From contig NZ_CP019633.1 in the NCBI RefSeq assembly GCF_001997385.1, positions 2,910,001-2,942,000 on the forward strand: DNA of 32,000 bases. The letters run 5' to 3'. The notes under the pieces are model-generated. The model saw only the letters and a list, made by a program, of their open reading frames with translations. It searched no databases and was not told the DNA's origin. A program made the translations under genes and the position numbers. Below are positions 25,862 to 32,000 of the stretch, piece by piece. The stretch comes from Sedimentisphaera cyanobacteriorum. GTDB lineage: Bacteria; Planctomycetota; Phycisphaerae; Sedimentisphaerales; Sedimentisphaeraceae. How positions within the stretch are numbered: position 1 is the stretch's first letter; each line of letters starts with the position of its first letter.

Positions 25862-27085
25862 ATGGATTTTTTCACTATATTCTTCGATTCGCTTATGCAG
25901 GCTGCCCCGTATGTAATACTGGGTATGCTGATTGCGGGGGCGGTTCGTAATTATGTGCCTCAGGATGTACTTCGTGAGAATCTCGGCGGGAACTCCCCGC
26001 TTACACTGCTCAAATCGGTAGGGATAGGCTGCATCCTGCCTCTTTGTTCCTGCGGGACGATACCGCTTGGAATCGGGCTGTACAGGAGCGGGGCAGCTGT
26101 AGGGAATATGCTTGCGTTTATGACATCCGCTCCAGTTCTTTCTCCTGTGCTGATTGTGCTTGCGATAAAACTGCTCGGCTTCAAAATAACGCTCACATTG
26201 ATTTTTTCGGCTGTTGTCGGGGCTATGGTTATAGGCTGGATTGGAAACAGGCTCTTCCCGCCTAAGGTCGGTTTTTCATCAGCCTGCTGCTGCGAGAATA
26301 TGGAATTTAAGTATCACAGCAGACTCGCAGAAAAGGGAAGGACAGGAAAGCTGCTTGAAACAGTAAGGTGGTCGTTTCTGGATCTCGGGGCAGATATCTG
26401 TATTGATATTCTGATTGGCCTCGGGATTGTATCGGTTATTCTAGCAATCCTGCCGATGGAGTGGATCTCCAGATGGCTCGGGCAGCAGGATTTGTTTACG
26501 CTGGTGTATGTGGTGATTCTTGGAATCTTTACCTACGCATGCAGCATCCCTTCTATACCCATTATTCAGGGGCTTCTGCTTATGGGCGCTTCGCCCGGGG
26601 CAGCGATGGCGTATATGATAGCCGGCCCGGCTACAAATTTCGGCGAGCTCTACGCAATAGGCAAGTCTATGGGCAAAAAGCCTGCTGTTTACTATGCCGG
26701 CGCTCTGATTGTGCTAGCGATAACTGCGGGATACCTCACCGACAGGCTCGTTTTCCCCGATTATCAGTACAGAGCCTTCAGGCAGCAGGGAGAGCTTGTG
26801 ATAAAGCAGTGCTGCGTGCCGGTTATTTTCGGAGAGGGAGTGGATGTTGGGGATCCTCAAGTGCCCGGATGGCACTGGCCTTTCGGTTTTCTCCTTTTCG
26901 GGGTGATTGGATTCGGCTTTTTCAAAAAGGTGAAACACTTTCTGGTAAACCCATGCCAGTGCTGCGTATGGAAGAGCTACGAGCAGGGAGATTCGTGCGG
27001 GGCAAAATGCCACGTCCGGAGGAAACACGATTTCTTCCAGAAATATATAGCACGGCCTTTGAAGAATTTATATGATATTGAATAA
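25862..27085 (+). CDS. polytopic permease (YraQ/ArsP-type, PF03773-like) with Cys-rich C-terminal tail
   Basis: 407 aa with multiple hydrophobic segments. Contains the ILPLCSCGTIPLG motif typical of this permease family. Cys-rich segments SSACCCENM and NPCQCCVWKSYEQGDSCGAKCH. Starts 3 nt after the upstream stop. Confidence 0.65.
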   Translation: MDFFTIFFDSLMQAAPYVILGMLIAGAVRNYVPQDVLRENLGGNSPLTLLKSVGIGCILPLCSCGTIPLGIGLYRSGAAVGNMLAFMTSAPVLSPVLIVLAIKLLGFKITLTLIFSAVVGAMVIGWIGNRLFPPKVGFSSACCCENMEFKYHSRLAEKGRTGKLLETVRWSFLDLGADICIDILIGLGIVSVILAILPMEWISRWLGQQDLFTLVYVVILGIFTYACSIPSIPIIQGLLLMGASPGAAMAYMIAGPATNFGELYAIGKSMGKKPAVYYAGALIVLAITAGYLTDRLVFPDYQYRAFRQQGELVIKQCCVPVIFGEGVDVGDPQVPGWHWPFGFLLFGVIGFGFFKKVKHFLVNPCQCCVWKSYEQGDSCGAKCHVRRKHDFFQKYIARPLKNLYDIE

Positions 27086-27161
27086 AGTTTTGCTGCTTTA
27101 ATGCTAAAAAAATGGTACTGTTGGCTCATAAACAAAATTTGAACAATTTTCGTATTAAAGA

Positions 27162-27190
27162 TTGAATCATTATTAAGTTGATTTTATAAT
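27162..27190 (+). promoter_or_regulatory. sigma70-like promoter of the Panacea-antitoxin operon
   Basis: TTGAAT (27162-27167), a 17-nt spacer, then TATAAT (27185-27190). AAGGAG Shine-Dalgarno at 27232-27237. Confidence 0.45.
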
Positions 27191-27244
27191 AAATTGACGT
27201 GATGTCAGTCTAAATTGGCAGTCCTAAAACAAAGGAGTGAAAAA

Positions 27245-27685
27245 ATGAATTCTCTAAAAGCGGTTGATATTGCTAAGTATATCACCGAAGAGTTAGGCTC
27301 GATGACTGCAATGAAGCTTCAGAAGCTTGTGTATTACAGCCAAGCTTGGTCGCTTGTATGGGACGACTGCAAACTTTTTGATGATCCAATAGAGGCTTGG
27401 GCTAACGGGCCGGTAGTAAGAGAGCTCTATAATCTTCACAAGGGCAGCTACATCGTTAGTTCAGATACCTTCTCAGATGGAGATATCTCCAAATTGAGCG
27501 AAAATCAAAAAGATACTGTTGATACAGTACTCAACGCTTATAAAGATAAAACACCCCAATGGCTGAGTGATCAGACCCATGCAGAACGGCCTTGGATAGA
27601 GGCTCGCGAAGGGCTTTGTGAAACTGAAAGGGGCGAGAGGATAATATCTTTGGAGACTATGGCTGAATACTATGGCTCGCTCTGA
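27245..27685 (+). CDS. Panacea-domain (DUF4065, SocA/GepA-like) putative antitoxin
   Basis: MKLQKLVYYSQAWSLVWDD…LFDDPIEAWANGPVVRELY is the hallmark N-terminal core of DUF4065. The ATG at 27245 has a strong Shine-Dalgarno and is preferred over the track's TTG at 27215. Confidence 0.75.
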   Translation: MNSLKAVDIAKYITEELGSMTAMKLQKLVYYSQAWSLVWDDCKLFDDPIEAWANGPVVRELYNLHKGSYIVSSDTFSDGDISKLSENQKDTVDTVLNAYKDKTPQWLSDQTHAERPWIEAREGLCETERGERIISLETMAEYYGSL

Positions 27686-28109
27686 AAAAAAGAAAGTTCC
27701 CCAGCAGGCCCTTAACAGACCAAACGAGAAGAAGGTAAAAATACCTCAAAGAAAAACAGCTTTAAGAGTAAGTTGGCGGTTTTCAACTGTAGATAGAAAA
27801 GGGCCGTTTGCTTGGCCTAAAGGCCAAAAGAAAGAGCTTAAAATTTTGTCTAAGCTTTATGATTTCGATTGCTGTAAGTGGCAGGAGATAGAGGGTAAAA
27901 ATCATCACTACTTGTCTCAAGAGAGTTTGTCGAAAGAGGCTTTGAAGAGATTGAAAGAAACTCAAAAAGATGATCAAGTAGAAAATCTCTTTTCTTTTCA
28001 TCTAAATGGTAAAGAGAGGATTGTTGCAGTAAGATACTTGAATGTTGCAAATTTGCTGTGGTATGATCCTAATCACCAGGTTTCCCCTTCGACTAAGCGG
28101 CATACCTGA
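27672..28109 (+). CDS. hypothetical protein, candidate toxin partner of the Panacea antitoxin
   Basis: 145 aa with a basic N-terminus. Overlaps the upstream gene by 14 nt. The C-terminal LFSFHLNGKERIVAVRYLNVANLLWYDPNHQV is loosely like the end of a RelE/ParE fold. No confident family assignment. Confidence 0.55.
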   Translation: MARSEKKKVPQQALNRPNEKKVKIPQRKTALRVSWRFSTVDRKGPFAWPKGQKKELKILSKLYDFDCCKWQEIEGKNHHYLSQESLSKEALKRLKETQKDDQVENLFSFHLNGKERIVAVRYLNVANLLWYDPNHQVSPSTKRHT

Positions 28110-28287
28110 ATTACTGTGAAATATGCCAGCAGCTTGCTGTATTTTCTGGAAATTATGAATTAAATTCAATTTTTCTTAAAAAAACACACATAAAACTTTA
28201 CAAAATATAAAATGAGTTTGAATTTGGTTTTCCTGACTTCGGCGGTATGATTGTGGAAAACTCTGCAAAAAGTGGGTTTTGAGGCTG

Positions 28288-28326
28288 TTATCCCCGATTT
28301 CTCACTTATCCCCGATTTCTCACTTA
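28288..28326. repeat. 18-bp tandem direct repeat (2.2 copies)
   Basis: ttatccccgatttctcac occurs at 28288-28305 and 28306-28323, followed by a partial tta. Confidence 0.9.
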
Positions 28327-28359
28327 GCGTTCAAAATCGTGAAAAATCAAAATTTTTTC

Positions 28360-29868
28360 CACAGCCATCCCATAGAAGAGCAAAATACAAGATGTTTCTT
28401 TAAAACCAGCGGGGTATGAGTTACACTAATTCTTTCAGTCTAATTAAACAAATTAGGAGTAACCCATGACACCCGCCAAACATCAATATAGCATTCTTAA
28501 GCAAATATGCCAACATATTCCTGCACATCTTGTTTCAAAATTGTCTCGGTCTTTCGGTATTGACAAGCAATCACGAACATTTTCTTGCTGGTCGCACATT
28601 GTATCTATGCTTCATGTCCAGATTGCTCACAGTCTCTCGCTCAACGACGTTTCCGACACATTGCGTAATCATTCTGGAGCTTTGACTCCTATCCGCCGTG
28701 CAACCCCTTCAAGCAGGAATGGGCTTTCTCATGCAAACAGGGTTCGAGATCCTCTTATGGCAGAGACTCTCTTCTGGGAGGTGCTGTCCCATATCCAGAA
28801 CAAACATCTTGATTTTGGGAGAGGCCATAAGTATTCCGGCCTTCCGAGGCGTTTTAAGAGAGCAATATATGCGGTTGACTCAACCACGATCCAGCTTGTA
28901 GCTAACTGTATTGACTGGGCTAAACATCGCAGACGAAAAGCGGCTGCAAAGTGCCATATGCAGCTGAATCTCCAGACGTTCCTGCCTCAATTTGCTATTG
29001 TAAAAGAAGCCTCAACCCATGATTCGACAGAAGCTTATCAGCTCTGTCAGGACCTTAAAAGCGGCGAAATAGCGGTTTTTGACAAGGCTTACGTGGATTT
29101 TAAGCATCTAGCAGATCTTGACAGGCGAGAATTATTCTGGGTTACCAGAGCCAAAGATAATATGAAATATCGTTTTGTTAAACAGAATACAGAACCAAAA
29201 GGTAATATCCAATACGATGCTTTAATTGAACTTGAAATGCCGAAAAGCCGCGAGGCATACCCGAAGAAGCTCCGTTTAGTTAAGGCTTATGTGGAAATTA
29301 ACGGCGAGAAAAAGCTTATGAAATTTATCACGAACAATATGCAGTGGGCGCCGAGCAGTATTTGCGACCTATATAAGTGCCGCTGGGGTATAGAGGTGTT
29401 TTTCAAGCAGATAAAACAGACTTTGCAGCTAAGCGATTTCCTAGGGCATAGCCAAAAAGCAATTCTATGGCAAGTATGGACGGCTATGCTGGCTTATATT
29501 TTAATAAGGTATATAGGTTTCCTCGGTCAGTGGAAAGGAGCATTCAGCCGATTGTTTACTTTACTGAGGGGTTATTATTCAGCCGGCTGGATGTTTTTAG
29601 CGTTATGGCTGCCTGTGGGACAGCACGTGGTTCACCGCGTATGGTTGGCAGCCCTCAGCAGGCTTATTTGCCGGGTTTTAATATGTAGCAAGATTTTACG
29701 AAAATAAAGAGGTGAAAAGAGAGCGGGCAGTATTGAGCAAAAAACTGCCAATTGAACAAAAGCAAAAAAAATGCAAACTGGGGTAATTCAAATCCTTCAA
29801 GAAAAGGGCGTTTTAATACAATAAACAAGCCCTCAACGATAAATTTATGGACTTATGGGATGGCTGTG
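28360..29868 (+). mobile_element. IS4-family insertion sequence (about 1.5 kb)
   Basis: Terminal inverted repeat core CACAGCCATCCCATA at 28360-28374 and its reverse complement at 29854-29868. Encloses a DDE transposase gene. No target duplication identified. Confidence 0.75.
28466..29707 (+). CDS. IS4-family DDE transposase (C-terminal frameshift)
   Basis: Motifs YAVDSTTIQL, AVFDKAYVDF and the signature YKCRWGIEVFFKQIK (Y-x2-R-x3-E-x6-K). The family-like C-terminus LLFSRLDVFSVMAACGTARGSPRMVGSPQQAYLPGFNM lies in another frame (ORF 29467-29688). The switch point is near the G4 run at 29568-29571. Confidence 0.85.
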   Translation: MTPAKHQYSILKQICQHIPAHLVSKLSRSFGIDKQSRTFSCWSHIVSMLHVQIAHSLSLNDVSDTLRNHSGALTPIRRATPSSRNGLSHANRVRDPLMAETLFWEVLSHIQNKHLDFGRGHKYSGLPRRFKRAIYAVDSTTIQLVANCIDWAKHRRRKAAAKCHMQLNLQTFLPQFAIVKEASTHDSTEAYQLCQDLKSGEIAVFDKAYVDFKHLADLDRRELFWVTRAKDNMKYRFVKQNTEPKGNIQYDALIELEMPKSREAYPKKLRLVKAYVEINGEKKLMKFITNNMQWAPSSICDLYKCRWGIEVFFKQIKQTLQLSDFLGHSQKAILWQVWTAMLAYILIRYIGFLGQWKGAFSRLFTLLRGYYSAGWMFLALWLPVGQHVVHRVWLAALSRLICRVLICSKILRK

Positions 29869-30294
29869 TATAAAAATCTTAATGTTTAATTGTCTTTATC
29901 GATCTATAATATAAAGCCTTGTCCGTTTGGTGAACCTAAACAGCCTCGGATTTACCGCCGGATTTTTTCAGACAGCGAAATACACTGCTGATTATTCACA
30001 GTATATCTTTTTTTCCTGCGCGATAATTGGTTTTAAAACTCGTGGGATTGGTTTTGAACAACCAAGTGCGAGAAGGACAAGAAGAATTTTTATAATTTTT
30101 TAACAACGATTAACATTCATGAAGAACCTTTAAAATCAGCGTAATCTCCTGATAGAATCCTTTGCGGTTTTATCACGCACATTGCAGTGAGACAAAAATT
30201 CAAATCTGCGCAGTCCCGGATTTGAGCTGCCTGCCATTGGCCACTTACTGCTTGACATAAATACCCCTTTTACTTATCTTTATACGCTTTCCAT

Positions 30295-30379
30295 GCCGGA
30301 GTGGCGGAATCGGCAGACGCGAAGGATTCAAAATCCTTTCCTGATTACCAGGGTGTGGGTTCAAGTCCCACCTCCGGCA
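30295..30379 (+). tRNA. tRNA-Leu (CAA)
   Basis: Manual cloverleaf: acceptor GCCGGAG/CTCCGGC, anticodon stem aagga/tcctt with loop TTCAAAA, long variable arm, T-arm gtggg-ttcaagt-cccac. TTGACA-N17-TATCTT promoter-like element at 30252-30280. T-run after the 3' end. Confidence 0.9.
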
Positions 30380-30568
30380 GCTTTTTTTGATCCCGTCAGA
30401 GCGTTTTATTACAATCCTTATTAAAATTACTGCTTTTTTACTTCATTATCGGCTAAGGCATCTTATAATAATCTCATATTTTGTTGTGAATATATTTACA
30501 GCATATTCAGGCGGTGGTCATTCAGAGAGTTGAGGTTGAGAGCAGAGGAATATATATTTAAATACTAG

Positions 30569-30754
30569 ACTTTTAACACAGTTACTTTTCCGACTATAGC
30601 TCAGGACAGTGGCTATTCAATTGAAAAGATAAACTATGTCCTTGGGCATGCCAACAAGGTTATAAATGATAGATGTCCATTAAGACATGTAAATAATCTC
30701 ACGAAAAAGAGGTGTGATAGCGTTGAAAAGGAATTCTTTAAGGAAAAGAAATAA
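30569..30754 (+). pseudogene. possible C-terminal remnant of a tyrosine recombinase/integrase
   Basis: Short open frame TFNTVTFPTIAQDSGYSIEKINYVLGHANKVINDRCPLRH… resembles the box II region (…G…I…LGH…) of tyrosine integrases. The catalytic Tyr context is degenerate and there is no N-terminal part. Lies about 190 nt downstream of tRNA-Leu. Confidence 0.3.
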
Positions 30755-30900
30755 TATTGCATGATTTCTTAATAAAACAAATAATACTCAGCGTTATACA
30801 GCTCATTTAAGAAAAAACAAGACACTTAATTTGCATATCAAGCATAAAATAACATATTAATAATGCAGAAAATGAATCTGAACCCAAGCGAATGGATTAA

Positions 30901-32000
30901 ATGATGGAGCTTAAAAAGTATAAAGCAGGGTGCTATGTGAATCAGGGGTCTCACAAAAGCTTTTCCCCGCAACAAATCAATCATAGCTGGATATGGAGCG
31001 ATGCTAAAATAAATATTTTGCTTGAGAAGGCAAATAAGTGTTTAGGGGAGCTCAATGCTTTCTCTCGTTTTATACCTGATATCGATCTGTATATAGGTAT
31101 GCACATATTTAAGGAGGCTCAGAGCTCGAGCAAAATTGAAGGCACCAAAACAGAGATTGATGAAGTTCTCATGGATAAGTCTTTCATAGCCCCCGAAAAA
31201 CGTGAGGATTGGCAGGAGGTGCAAAACTATGTGAAGGCAATGAATCACGGGATTGAAAAACTTGGCAGAATGCCTCTGTCTTCCCGTCTTCTTCGAGAAA
31301 TGCATTCGATCCTTTTGGATTCAGTGAGGGGGAAACACAAATCTCCTGGTGAATACAGAAAAAGCCAAAATTGGATTGGCGGTTCTTCAATAGATGAGGC
31401 TATATATGTGCCTCCATGTCATTCAGAGATAGGCAATCTCATGAATGACATGGAGAAGTTTATTCATAATGATAAAGCTTTAGTGCCTCATTTAATTAAA
31501 ATTGCGATAATTCATTATCAGTTTGAAACAATCCATCCTTTCCTCGACGGCAACGGAAGAATAGGTCGGCTGCTGATAACCTTCTATTTGGTTGGTGTTG
31601 GGCTTCTTGATAAGCCCACATTGTACATTTCTGATTATTTTGAGAGAAACCGGCAGGCTTATTACGATTCACTTTCAAGAGTAAGGCAAGATAATAATAT
31701 TTCTCAGTGGATTGAATTTTTCCTTGAGGCAATGGTTAAGACCTCCGAAAAAGGTGTTGAAACATTCGGTAAGATTCAGGAGCTGAAGAATAAATACGAA
31801 AAGGAAATCGTTAAATTTGGCAGGCGTTCTGAAAATGCTCACAAGTTACTGAATCGTTTATACAGCAATCCGGTAATTACCATTCAGGAAACAAGTGAAT
31901 TCCTAAGTCTTTCTGTGAAGGCTTCATCTGATTTAATTAAAACTATGGTGGAAAACAATCTTTTAATAGAACTTACGGGGTACAAAAGAAATAGGATTTT
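30901..32000 (+). CDS. Fic-family protein (AMPylase-type), 3' end outside the window
   Basis: I translated this frame myself. It is absent from the ORF track because it has no stop within the window. ATGATG start follows an in-frame TAA. Fic motif HPFLDGNGRIGR at 31534-31569. Inhibitory-helix motif S-x-x-x-E-G (SSKIEG) at 31126-31143. C-terminal winged-helix-like region. Confidence 0.85.
   Translation, partial: MMELKKYKAGCYVNQGSHKSFSPQQINHSWIWSDAKINILLEKANKCLGELNAFSRFIPDIDLYIGMHIFKEAQSSSKIEGTKTEIDEVLMDKSFIAPEKREDWQEVQNYVKAMNHGIEKLGRMPLSSRLLREMHSILLDSVRGKHKSPGEYRKSQNWIGGSSIDEAIYVPPCHSEIGNLMNDMEKFIHNDKALVPHLIKIAIIHYQFETIHPFLDGNGRIGRLLITFYLVGVGLLDKPTLYISDYFERNRQAYYDSLSRVRQDNNISQWIEFFLEAMVKTSEKGVETFGKIQELKNKYEKEIVKFGRRSENAHKLLNRLYSNPVITIQETSEFLSLSVKASSDLIKTMVENNLLIELTGYKRNRI

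Noticed and set aside
27194-27208. Short inverted repeat TGAC-N5-GTCA just downstream of the Panacea-operon -10 box, considered as a possible autoregulatory operator.
   Set aside because: With only 4-bp arms, this is well within chance expectation in AT-rich DNA.
29880-30290. Scanned the 400-nt gap between the IS4 element and tRNA-Leu for small RNAs, repeats or gene remnants. A cggattt direct repeat occurs around 29945-29970.
   Set aside because: I could not identify any stable hairpin, coding signal or significant repeat.

Overview
Bacterial window rich in accessory DNA. The backbone genes have mid-range GC: a secreted 851-aa protein, mutS, an MnmE-like GTPase, coaX, and a metallophosphatase/permease operon. 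They are interrupted by modules that look AT-richer by eye and appear horizontally acquired.

(1) The main feature is a complete single-effector CRISPR-Cas locus on the minus strand at 14612-21404. It encodes a 1310-aa RuvC-only effector with the Cas12a/Cpf1 N-terminal and RuvC I/II/III motifs, followed by cas4, cas1, cas2, a leader with a near-consensus promoter, and 14 identical 36-nt repeats. The repeats end in the AAUUUCUACUGUCGUAGAU hairpin typical of type V-A. I saw no tracrRNA-like anti-repeat. The locus lies between tRNA-Phe and tRNA-Lys. An IS3-family element with an intact 4-bp target duplication sits about 265 bp upstream of the effector gene.

(2) A restriction-modification cassette at 5604-8474 sits between mutS and the GTPase gene. 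It has two DNA methyltransferases, a small HTH protein, and a Zn-finger/HNH-like nuclease gene broken by an in-frame TAA.

(3) A papain-like cysteine-peptidase gene is inactivated by both an in-frame TAA and an IS5-family insertion.

(4) A Panacea/SocA-type antitoxin gene overlaps an unassigned 145-aa partner gene.

(5) Also present are an IS4-family element with a frameshifted transposase C-terminus, a tRNA-Leu followed by a possible integrase remnant, and a 3'-truncated Fic gene.

All calls rest on reading the sequence and the ORF track, with no database search. By architecture and motifs the CRISPR system matches the known type V-A class. I cannot judge the novelty of this particular ortholog from here.
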